The notes under the pieces were generated by a model, which had not been told where the DNA came from, did not search any database, and saw nothing but the letters and a program-made list of their open reading frames with translations. Shown piece after piece: positions 1 to 7,392 of a DNA stretch of 11,105 nt. The stretch spans positions 11,770 to 22,874 of the forward strand of contig MEZH01000011.1 of NCBI GenBank assembly GCA_001775995.1, read 5' to 3'. Every line of letters begins with the position of its first letter. Positions within the stretch are counted from its first letter, which is position 1. Both the position numbers and the translations under genes were made by a program. This stretch comes from Candidatus Bathyarchaeota archaeon RBG_16_48_13. GTDB lineage: Archaea > Thermoproteota > Bathyarchaeia > RBG-16-48-13.

Positions 1-381
1 CCCCGGGGGAGCTCTATCAGCAGACAATGCTCCCGTAACTGGCCAAAAGATCGAGGCGGCGAATCCTCCAATCAATCTGATGACGTATAGGAGCAATAGG
101 CTATTGCTGATCGTCAGAAGGGTCAACGCCAAGGAACTGCAAAGCAGGCTTAATGTTAAGAGCTTCATCCGTCCAGCTTTGTCGGACAGTCTTCCGAAAT
201 AGGTTGAGAGCGGTATCTGAATTCCTAAATACATGAAGCCCAAGATGCCTATCTCCAGCTGGCTCGCACCCAGGCTATACGCAAATAGTGGAATAGCAAT
301 CATGACGAAGGAATTTGCTAGAGAGAAGAGGAAGATGAGAGCATAGATCAGCCTCAGATGTAGATTGTAGACGCTTTTCAT
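1..381 (-). CDS. MFS transporter, N-terminal 127 aa (runs off the left edge; not in the supplied ORF track)
   Basis: Manual translation from ATG at 381: MKSVYNLHLRLIYALIFLFSLANSFVMIAIPLFAYSLGASQLEIGILGFMYLGIQIPLSTYFGRLSDKAGRMKLLTLSLLCSSLALTLLTISNSLLLLYVIRLIGGFAASIFWPVTGALSADRAPPG. It has successive hydrophobic helices, MFS motif A (GRLSDKAGR) after TM2 and the R-x2-G-G pattern (RLIGG) in TM4. An in-frame TGA upstream fixes the start. Confidence 0.92.
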   Translation of the reverse strand, partial: MKSVYNLHLRLIYALIFLFSLANSFVMIAIPLFAYSLGASQLEIGILGFMYLGIQIPLSTYFGRLSDKAGRMKLLTLSLLCSSLALTLLTISNSLLLLYVIRLIGGFAASIFWPVTGALSADRAPPG

Positions 382-619
382 TGGGAAGGGCTCGACCTTT
401 ACGGATACCCATCAACGCCCTGATAGTTTAAAAAGGCTTTTATGGAGGGCATCTCTCCAATTTTCTGGACTCCATATGATGAATGCGATTTTCTGGATCG
501 CCAAGAAGATTTATAATCTACCCAAGTTTTGTAGTGTCTTGTTCAGAAAATTCGTCAGTGTGACTTAAATTCCGAGCTACAATCGTAGAAAGAGCAATTC
601 GAGGAGTGGAGATGAAGAG

Positions 620-1084
620 TTGAGGGCGCGGACCGCGAAGACTTGCCAGCACTGCGGAAAAGCAGTCAAATCAGAAGACGCTTTCAAATTCAAGAGAATG
701 TATTATCACGCAAAGTGCTATGCCAAGGAGAAGAGGATTGAAGAGTCCATCGTATTCGTCGACGTTGATCCGGAGATGAGAAAGAGGTTCGAGGTGGGAT
801 GGTTCCAGGAATCTGACCTCACTATCGAGGACAAGAAAAAGGTCGTGAGGGAAATTCAAGGGCTTTTGAATCGCATGCCCGAGATAATGGTTGGAATCCA
901 GACTCTGGAAGGGGAGCTCAAAAGATCGACTATGATTGACATATTATTGGAGACCAGCACACCGGTCCCATATCATCTGATGGTTTTCGGCTCCCACGAG
1001 AAACGCCCCTACTGTGTCATAACTAAGAATGAGGATACGATAGGTTACGTGGAATTCAAGAAAGTGAAGTGTGGGAAGCCTTAA
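620..1084 (+). CDS. Hypothetical protein with an N-terminal C-x2-C-x17-H-x2-C zinc finger (half-LIM-like)
   Basis: 154-aa ORF with TTG start and purine-rich GAGGAG/GGAG upstream. Motif C9-Q-H-C12-x17-H30-A-K-C33-Y. The remaining ~120 aa are not recognised. Confidence 0.75.
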   Translation: MRARTAKTCQHCGKAVKSEDAFKFKRMYYHAKCYAKEKRIEESIVFVDVDPEMRKRFEVGWFQESDLTIEDKKKVVREIQGLLNRMPEIMVGIQTLEGELKRSTMIDILLETSTPVPYHLMVFGSHEKRPYCVITKNEDTIGYVEFKKVKCGKP

Positions 1085-1086
1085 TA

Positions 1087-1443
1087 TCATAATCGGGCTT
1101 TTCCGCAGTACTCTTCTGCGGGGTACTTCTTCTTGTTCAACTCCAACTTGTGCAGGATCGCCTTAGTCAAATCGATTTGAATGGAATTTGCCAGACTCAA
1201 GCAATATATCATAACATCCGCTACTTCCTCTTCTACTTCCTTGAATTTGATTGGGTCATCTATCAGCTCTGATGCTTCTTTCGGGTCTCTCCACAGAAAG
1301 ATTTCGAGGAGTTCTGATGCTTCGATGCATATCCCTTCGGCAAGGTCCTTCGGATTGTGGTATTTCTCCCACTTCCTTTCCTTGACAAAATGCTCCACCT
1401 CAGTTGACAATTCAGATATCGTCAATTCTCTAAGCTTGTTCAA
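1087..1443 (-). CDS. MazG-like nucleotide pyrophosphohydrolase (dCTP pyrophosphatase/YpjD-like all-alpha NTP-PPase)
   Basis: ERKWEKYHNPKDLAEGICIEASELLEIFLW matches the ER-x-W-x2-(F/Y)H-x-PK-x-L...E-x2-EL signature. EEEVADVMIY supplies the E-x2-D metal ligands, and the protein ends in KLELNKKKYP. Confidence 0.92.
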   Translation of the reverse strand: MNKLRELTISELSTEVEHFVKERKWEKYHNPKDLAEGICIEASELLEIFLWRDPKEASELIDDPIKFKEVEEEVADVMIYCLSLANSIQIDLTKAILHKLELNKKKYPAEEYCGKARL

Positions 1444-1571
1444 TACATCAACTCCAACTCAGTTAATGATAATCAACCCATCGTGATTCCGAGAGCCATG
1501 TTTGCAAGCTCTCACTAAGGGTGTGCACTTGGAAAAAAGGGACGTTCACGAATGAGAACTGCCCTCATGGA

Positions 1572-2000
1572 TTAAGCTGTGTAGGTCGGTTCCGGGCCCT
1601 TCTCTTTTGCGCTATTTGGCGCTGGGACGCTCGGCAAGGGTATGGGCGGTGGGATGTTGAGAGTCCTTGTCAGGATCAAAGCCTCAATGAAAGACATATT
1701 TGAGATGCTTTGAATCAGCATCGGCGGGGGGGGTTTTCTGTCCTTGTACCCCTTGACTATGTCCTCCATCTCTGTCTGATCACCTTGAATGTTGGCGTGT
1801 CCTCTGATGGTTATCTGAGCTATTGCGGGGTTGTAGCTTATGGTGAAGATGAAGGGCGCGTTCAGCATGCTGCTCTCCTTGCGATCAATCCCGGTAATGT
1901 TCAGGTTGGTGGTGACTTGGAGTTGGCTCGGAACTGGTTGATCTACCGCCCAGAACTTTTCTCCCTGGATGTAGTTTACGAAAACCGTGATTCGAGGCAT
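1572..2000 (-). CDS. Conserved archaeal hypothetical protein, possibly SecB-like fold
   Basis: 142 aa with four predicted beta strands (ITVFV, NLNIT, FIFTISY, ITIRGHA), two C-terminal helices and a proline-rich RTLNIPPPIPLP tail. I recall that tail from a widespread archaeal family. The fold assignment is inference. Confidence 0.7.
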   Translation of the reverse strand: MPRITVFVNYIQGEKFWAVDQPVPSQLQVTTNLNITGIDRKESSMLNAPFIFTISYNPAIAQITIRGHANIQGDQTEMEDIVKGYKDRKPPPPMLIQSISNMSFIEALILTRTLNIPPPIPLPSVPAPNSAKEKGPEPTYTA

Positions 2001-2164
2001 AGTGATCGAAATAACCGTTAGTGAGGACAGACTTAAGTGTTTTGCGCCACATGCGTGCTGGATCAGAAAAAACTCGTTTGCGGTGGAATTTTTATCGAAA
2101 ATTCTTTATCAAATTGTACGAGAAACTTAAATACTCTTGCGCTCAAAGAGAATTGGGGACGTTG

Positions 2165-2407
2165 ATGGTTTTCAAGTCCGCAACAAAATTCTCATTAGCT
2201 CCAAAAAAGGGTCCGAATGACAGAATATATTACTCTCCGAGGATCTATCTTCCAACAAAGCTCGTGAACGACTCTAGATTCCCATTTAAGGACGGAGAAG
2301 ACTTGGTTGTTAGAATAAATGGACGTAAGCTGGTCATCACCAAGAAGCCTAGAGTTAGAAACGAAAAAATGGCGCTGGGAGCGGAAAGAGAGGATCTTAG
2401 CCCGTAA
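2165..2407 (+). CDS. AbrB/MazE/SpoVT-like swapped-hairpin DNA-binding protein (80 aa)
   Basis: RIYLPTKLVNDSRFPFKDGEDLVVRINGRKLVITK fits the AbrB-type pattern I-x-(I/L)-P...G-(D/E)-x-(L/V)-x-(V/I)-x3-G-x2-L-x-I. The ORF track opens at GTG 2021, but the first 48 codons span AT-rich promoter-like DNA. ATG 2165, preceded by GGGGA, is the more likely start. Confidence 0.72.
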   Translation: MVFKSATKFSLAPKKGPNDRIYYSPRIYLPTKLVNDSRFPFKDGEDLVVRINGRKLVITKKPRVRNEKMALGAEREDLSP

Positions 2408-3149
2408 TCCAGCCGCCATCGACAACAAGAGTGGTTCCGGTGATATATTCCGCCTCATCAGAGGCCAAGAAAAGGACAGAATAAGCCACATCTTTAGGTT
2501 TCCCGATGGAACCCCAAGGTATTCGAGCAACTTCAGCGGCCCTTGCTTGGGGGGTGCTGAGCCCCTTTTCGATCATCGGAGTGTCAATAGTTCCAGGAGC
2601 CACCGCGTTTACATTTATTTTGTAAGGAGCAAGCTCAACTGCCATGCTCTTGGTGAGCTGAACAACACCACCTTTGGATGCAGCGTAATGGCATGCGGTA
2701 GGATATGCTAACCAAAAAGCTATGGATGATATATTGATGATCTTCCCGCCCTTCTTTCTCTCAACCATCCGTCTGGCAACGGCTTGGGAGCATAAGAATA
2801 CGCCCTTCAGGTTGACATCTACCACTTTGTCCCATGCGTCTTCAGGCATTTCGAGGAAGGGCATATGACTGATTACCCCAGCGTTATTGACTAGGATATC
2901 GATTGCACCCAATCCTTCGGTGATTTTCTTTACCGCCCTATCAATCTGAATGGAGTTTGTGACATCCATCTCCATCGCTAGGGCTTTCCGGCCCGTTTCA
3001 TCGATCATTTTGGCTGTCTCTTCAATACCTCTTGGATTGATGTCGGCTACCGCCACGTCAGCCCCTTCTCTCGCCAGCACAAGGGCTATTTCTCGACCGT
3101 TTCCTGAGCCTGCCCCTGTGACGAATGCCACTTTTCCCTCAATTCTCAT
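2397..3149 (-). CDS. Classical short-chain dehydrogenase/reductase (FabG/glucose-1-dehydrogenase-like), probably NAD(H)-preferring
   Basis: TGAGSGNG glycine motif, acidic VADIN at the end of beta2, NNAG, catalytic Ser (NISS) and YAASK, VNAVAPG, and C-terminal YITGTTLVVDGG. Start placed at ATG 3149 (MRIEGK); the ORF track extends to 3167. Confidence 0.95.
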   Translation of the reverse strand: MRIEGKVAFVTGAGSGNGREIALVLAREGADVAVADINPRGIEETAKMIDETGRKALAMEMDVTNSIQIDRAVKKITEGLGAIDILVNNAGVISHMPFLEMPEDAWDKVVDVNLKGVFLCSQAVARRMVERKKGGKIINISSIAFWLAYPTACHYAASKGGVVQLTKSMAVELAPYKINVNAVAPGTIDTPMIEKGLSTPQARAAEVARIPWGSIGKPKDVAYSVLFLASDEAEYITGTTLVVDGGWITG

Positions 3150-3183
3150 ACTTAGCCTCCAACCCATGATGGATGCCGTACGA

Positions 3184-3230
3184 AATATAAGAGTTCTCGA
3201 TCATAGATGCGGATCAAACAGAAAGTATAA
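3184..3230. promoter_or_regulatory. Putative divergent archaeal promoters between the SDR and larA
   Basis: AATATAA at 3184-3190 reads TTATATT on the minus strand, about 35 nt before the SDR ATG. GAAAGTATAA at 3221-3230 is a purine-rich BRE-like stretch plus TATA-like box facing larA. Confidence 0.4.
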
Positions 3231-3320
3231 GAGGCGTCGCTCGAATCTTAGGCATTACTGGGTCTCGGTGGCTCAAATGCCCGGATGTGATGCGGGCAAC
3301 GATGATCTGAGGTATGTTGA

Positions 3321-4631
3321 TTGGAAAAAAAAGATTTACACATAGATTATACTAGCGAGAAGGCGGTCTTTTCAAAGCTGATCTCATCGAATCAAATCTC
3401 CTGGATTGCGCCCGAGAGCATACCTCCCCGAGCATCATTTCATGAACTACTTGCGACCGCTTTGCGAAATCCGATCAATTCGGGGGCTCTCAAAGATGAG
3501 AAGGCAAAGAGAATCGCGTTGATAGTAGCTGACGCCACGCGACTAACTTGCCCCTTTATCTCACAGCTATTACAGCTTTCAAGAGAGAAGACGGACGAAG
3601 TTGAAATTGTGATAGCGTGCGGAAGCCACAAATCACCTGAAACAGATTACCTTGAGAAGATTCTTGGAGATGATCTCTTTTGCAAATCATGGTTCAGAGT
3701 GAGAGCGTCATCAACCCAGAACCCTCTGATAAGATACGAGCACGTGGGGACAACCACTAGAGGTACAGAGGTGGAGTTGGATAAAGAGCTCCTCGAGGCG
3801 GACCTGATATTGTCGTCAATGAACATTCGCGCACATTACTTTGCCGGATGGGAGGGCGGAGCCAAAGCCCTACTACCAGGTTGCTCGAGCACAAAATCCA
3901 TCGCCCAGAACCACTCCTACGCGTTGGATTACGAAGATGCGCGAGAGCTCAAGATTGATGGGAATCCAATAAGAGAGGACATCAACGAGGTCCCAGAGAT
4001 TCTCAAGAAGAAACATGGAATCACCCACAGGATAGTTGACTTTGTGGCGAATTCTGATGACCAAATCATAGAAATAGCTTACGGCGAACCTGTGAGCACT
4101 CACAAGCTACTAGCAGATATATGCAAGAGCATCTACGCCGTCAAAGCAGCCCCAAGTCCATTGGCGATAACCGTTGCGGAAGGTCCACTGGGCAGGAACT
4201 TCTACCAGGCATTGAAAGCTTGCAGCCATTCGATCAACATTCTGGAAGCCAAGGACGGCTTCAGGCCTGTGGTCATACTGGTGGCATCTTTGGTCGATGG
4301 CATTGGCAGCCCGATTTTCGAGAAGGAGCTGGAGCGCTACGCCCACATGGATCGAGAAGACATCGTGAAAGACTTGAATGAAAGATCTGAACAGGGTCAT
4401 TTCAATGAGGTCGTAGAGAAGATCTATCGGCTAGCCATGGACGGGATCAAGCGAGACTACATCACGGTCGGTCCGGAGGCGCCTGAAGAACTGGAAAGAT
4501 TGCTAAGAAAAGTGGGGATCAAGTTCTATAGAGACCTCGATGACGCGCTGTCCTCCTTGAGACCGGGTCTGCTGAGTCAACACGTTAATATTATTCCCCG
4601 CGGAGCCTCAACTGTGGCTATTCCCAAGTAG
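3321..4631 (+). CDS. larA: LarA-family nickel-pincer-nucleotide-dependent alpha-hydroxy acid racemase/epimerase
   Basis: D71-A-T-R74, ACGSH103, AH172YFAGWEGGAK182ALLPG, NH198, GNPIRED and FY295QALK299 correspond to LarA D72/R75/H108/H174/K184/H200/Y294/K298. TTG start with GAGGT at 3309-3313. Confidence 0.93.
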   Translation: MEKKDLHIDYTSEKAVFSKLISSNQISWIAPESIPPRASFHELLATALRNPINSGALKDEKAKRIALIVADATRLTCPFISQLLQLSREKTDEVEIVIACGSHKSPETDYLEKILGDDLFCKSWFRVRASSTQNPLIRYEHVGTTTRGTEVELDKELLEADLILSSMNIRAHYFAGWEGGAKALLPGCSSTKSIAQNHSYALDYEDARELKIDGNPIREDINEVPEILKKKHGITHRIVDFVANSDDQIIEIAYGEPVSTHKLLADICKSIYAVKAAPSPLAITVAEGPLGRNFYQALKACSHSINILEAKDGFRPVVILVASLVDGIGSPIFEKELERYAHMDREDIVKDLNERSEQGHFNEVVEKIYRLAMDGIKRDYITVGPEAPEELERLLRKVGIKFYRDLDDALSSLRPGLLSQHVNIIPRGASTVAIPK

Positions 4632-4684
4632 CTGAGGTTGATTTAATAGACATTTCCGGGAATAGACGTGTTCTGTGCTATCCG

Positions 4685-6127
4685 TCATTCGATGCCATAT
4701 TCCGCCCATCTTTTGTGGACCAAGTCCTCTTCCTGTTTGCGCTGAAGGACCTTCGCTGGGAAGTCGAAGCCCTTGTAGTACATCGTTGCATTGATACCCA
4801 TTCGAGAGGTCTTCGTTCCAGCCTCCGCGCGATCCTCCGGAGCTATTGAGGGATCGAGATTAACTGCGACCTCATCGTTCTTGGTTATGGAAATATCACG
4901 ATGAGGCTGCACCCTCGTCGAAACTGCCCACTCTACTTCCTCAGGATTGAATATATCTATGTCATCATCCACCGCGATGGTTATCTTCCCCGCGTTGTGT
5001 CCGAATACTTGGGCAGCTTTGATCAACTGCTGTGCGTTTCCGGCGTAGTAGTGGTGATCCATGGACACAAGACTGACAAAACAGGCACACCCCGTCTCGG
5101 GCAGGTAGAACTTGCTGAAACCCGGAATCCTAGCAGCCTCCAGTCTGTACCACGTCCCAGCGCTCTGACCCATGGATCTGAGATAGACGCTCTCCCTGGC
5201 GACGTCAGGCTTGCCCTCTATTGTTCCCTGCGTTATCGGGTTGTTCCTATGAGTAATGGCCTTGAGGTCTATAGTGGGTCGTTTGGTCCTTGCCCCGCCA
5301 TAGAAGCCAGAGAATTCTCCAAAGACTCCCTCTTCAAGCCACTCCGTTTCATCCGGTCTGATTTCTCCTTCCAATACAATCTCCGATTCTGCGGGTACCT
5401 CAAGATCTAGGGTTTCGCATTTTACAAGTCTCACAGGCTTCCCTGCGATGCCTCCCGCAATGGTATACTCATCGAAACCATAGGGAGCAGATGTGCTGGA
5501 TGCGACCAACACTTCTGGAGGAACACCGATCGCGGTGGCTATCGGCATGGGTTTTCCCATACGAATGTACTTCTCCAGAATCATCCTTCCCTGTTGGTTT
5601 GACATTAGCCCAATCCTCCTTCTGTCAAAGAGTTGTTGCCGGTATATCGCGATGTTTCGAACCCCAGTTTCGGGGTCTTTCTGCACGACGCAACCCAATG
5701 TGCCAATGTACCTCCCCGCGTCAGCGGGGGCCCACCATGGCGATGGGAATTTCTCAGCATTCACCTCCTCTCCTTTGTCGATGATCTCTTTGCAGGGTCC
5801 CGTGTCTACTATCACGGGCTCAATTGGATTCTTGAGCGCACTCAATACCTTTTTGACGCACCCTTCAGCGGTTCGAGGCTCAGCGTTCATTTGGGGGGCA
5901 GGGTCAACTCCGATCGCCATGCTGCATCTCTCCCACGTGCCCAGCGCGCCTGTAAGTAACGGAGAACGATAGCTTTTCACGTTTTCAAAGAGGAGAGCGG
6001 GTCCCTTTGCGTGAAGGACCTTCGTAGTCAGAGCGCCTACCTCATATTTCCAATCAACTTCTGCCTTGACCCTTTTCAGGAGACCTCTCTCTTCAAGCAA
6101 GCCCAAGAACTCTCTAAGTTCGACCAT
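4685..6127 (-). CDS. ubiD: UbiD-family prFMN-dependent (de)carboxylase
   Basis: LREFL...L-x-R-V...VDW...GPALLFEN N-terminus, DAGRYIGT, N158-IAIY-R163, D-E220, PAESEIVLEG, catalytic E266-GVFG-E271, VDDDID, WAVSTR, LDPS and C-terminal RWAEYGIE. The symbol denotes the family, not a ubiquinone role. Confidence 0.96.
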   Translation of the reverse strand: MVELREFLGLLEERGLLKRVKAEVDWKYEVGALTTKVLHAKGPALLFENVKSYRSPLLTGALGTWERCSMAIGVDPAPQMNAEPRTAEGCVKKVLSALKNPIEPVIVDTGPCKEIIDKGEEVNAEKFPSPWWAPADAGRYIGTLGCVVQKDPETGVRNIAIYRQQLFDRRRIGLMSNQQGRMILEKYIRMGKPMPIATAIGVPPEVLVASSTSAPYGFDEYTIAGGIAGKPVRLVKCETLDLEVPAESEIVLEGEIRPDETEWLEEGVFGEFSGFYGGARTKRPTIDLKAITHRNNPITQGTIEGKPDVARESVYLRSMGQSAGTWYRLEAARIPGFSKFYLPETGCACFVSLVSMDHHYYAGNAQQLIKAAQVFGHNAGKITIAVDDDIDIFNPEEVEWAVSTRVQPHRDISITKNDEVAVNLDPSIAPEDRAEAGTKTSRMGINATMYYKGFDFPAKVLQRKQEEDLVHKRWAEYGIE

Positions 6128-6312
6128 TTCAAATTCCCTCTCTGAATGTAATACTCATTTAAGAAGTTAACACAGTTCATAAATAAAACTTCTCCAATCA
6201 ATAGAAGCCCAAAGGAATTGGGGGCGGATTTTTCATCTTGTGCCCTATATCGCTCAGCCTGTTTTGATCAAGAAAGAAAATCGAATTTTACGTCATTGCG
6301 GTTTCTTATCGA

Positions 6313-7251
6313 TTAAGCTTGCATAGATAGGATTTTCCCCACTGCCCCCAAAGCGACTAACGCATGGGCAGTTGCATGAGTAAAAGGCGGGTGATCTGGC
6401 AAGATCTTCCAGCCGCCACTGGAATCCTGTTCTTTCAAAATCTTATTGACTCTTCCAGCAACTTCGATTGATCCAACGGAAAACCCCGCATTCATGAACG
6501 CAAGGACCTCGTAGGGTGTTGAGTAGTGTATCCATTTGTCATATCTGGCGTATTGGAGGGGCTCCAATACAACACCTTCGTCTGGATTCGCCTGCTGGTA
6601 TGAAGTCAACCAGTTTAATGCACGCTTGGTGCTTTCAGATGAGCCCTCGAGATCTGTCAACTGGAGTGTACACATCGAGGTGCATATAGAATTGCTTTCA
6701 TCGCCTCTCTTGAATCCCCATCCTCCATCTGCGCCTTTTGATTCTCGCATCCACTTGAGTGGCACATCGATCATGGAGGTCATTTCCTTTCTCCATCTGG
6801 AAAGGGCCCAAATGATAAGTGAGGAGTCAAATACGTTGCTTGGAGTTCCAACTTCTGCACTCCATCCTTCTCCTTCGCAGCGGAATCGATCGAGTTCTCT
6901 CAGTAGTCCTTGTGTCAATTGCGTGTCGTGACCTTCACCTAATTCACCCAGCATGAGAATTGGCCATGCCAGCGATCGGGCTGATTTTAGCTGTTCGCCT
7001 CTCGTCCAAGACTCTTGTGGGCTCTTTCTCAATTCGTTCCGGACATATGAAATGCTTTGCCTGAATAACTCGGAGTGTGGATCTTCGCCAGCTCTCAACA
7101 TGCCGAACATGCTTTCAGAGCAGCCAGAAAGATCTATGGGCCTATTCTGGTGATCTCCCCAGCCGAAGTCCTTACTTCTAATAGACCACAAGAAATCAAT
7201 GCCTTTCTTGATGGATTCTCTCAAGGCTTCTCCCTTCACGAAAGAGCGCAA
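6313..7251 (-). CDS. Prenyltransferase/squalene-oxidase (QW-like) repeat protein, alpha/alpha-toroid
   Basis: Repeated x-x-D-G-(G/x)-W turns between amphipathic helices: SKDFGWG, CEGEGWS, GADGGWGF, QDSSGGWK. These are followed by S/T-x3-(D/T)-(S/T/A)-type helices (SNVFDSS, SNSICTS, FTHATAHAL). TTG 7251 is preferred because GAGGTG lies 7 nt upstream; the ORF track starts at ATG 7266. Confidence 0.82.
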   Translation of the reverse strand: MRSFVKGEALRESIKKGIDFLWSIRSKDFGWGDHQNRPIDLSGCSESMFGMLRAGEDPHSELFRQSISYVRNELRKSPQESWTRGEQLKSARSLAWPILMLGELGEGHDTQLTQGLLRELDRFRCEGEGWSAEVGTPSNVFDSSLIIWALSRWRKEMTSMIDVPLKWMRESKGADGGWGFKRGDESNSICTSMCTLQLTDLEGSSESTKRALNWLTSYQQANPDEGVVLEPLQYARYDKWIHYSTPYEVLAFMNAGFSVGSIEVAGRVNKILKEQDSSGGWKILPDHPPFTHATAHALVALGAVGKILSMQA

Positions 7252-7278
7252 AACAATACACCTCATTTCTCCAGGATT

Positions 7279-7337
7279 CTATAAATAATGGAGGATAGTC
7301 TAATAACTCATACCCCATGGATGAAAGCTCTTTAAGG
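7279..7337. promoter_or_regulatory. Putative divergent TATA boxes for the repeat protein (-) and the LLM/mch operon (+)
   Basis: CTATAAAT at 7279-7286 reads ATTTATAG on the minus strand. GAAAG-CT-CTTTAAGG at 7323-7337 on the plus strand lies about 55-60 nt before ATG 7393. Confidence 0.4.
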
Positions 7338-7392
7338 AAAAGAAAAGTTAGAATAGACCAATCACGAAGCGACAGAGAACTGGTGAATAGAC

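Noticed and set aside
1087-1443. MazG-like gene as part of an anti-phage or toxin-antitoxin system
   Set aside because: No defence genes are adjacent. A stand-alone housecleaning pyrophosphatase is the simpler explanation.
1726-1733. G8 homopolymer as a possible phase-variation site
   Set aside because: It is explained by the KPPPP codons on the minus strand and the frame is intact.
1181-2021. Plus-strand ORFs 1181..1486, 1521..1703 and 1710..2021
   Set aside because: They are antisense to the MazG-like and SecB-like genes and have no motifs.
2021-2164. 48-codon N-terminal extension of the AbrB-like ORF
   Set aside because: It would leave only 20 nt for two divergent promoters and it runs through TATA-like tracts. 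The domain starts after ATG 2165.
2195-3345. ORFs 2195..2530 (-), 2319..2711 (+) and 2950..3345 (+)
   Set aside because: They overlap the AbrB-like or SDR genes in other frames or strands and have no family signal.
4901-5972. Plus-strand ORFs of 169, 97, 159 and 108 aa inside ubiD
   Set aside because: They are antisense shadows of a well-supported CDS, with no recognisable motifs and Ser/Pro/Arg-rich composition.
6536-7284. Plus-strand ORFs opposite the toroid-repeat gene
   Set aside because: Antisense shadows with low-complexity Ser-rich translations.
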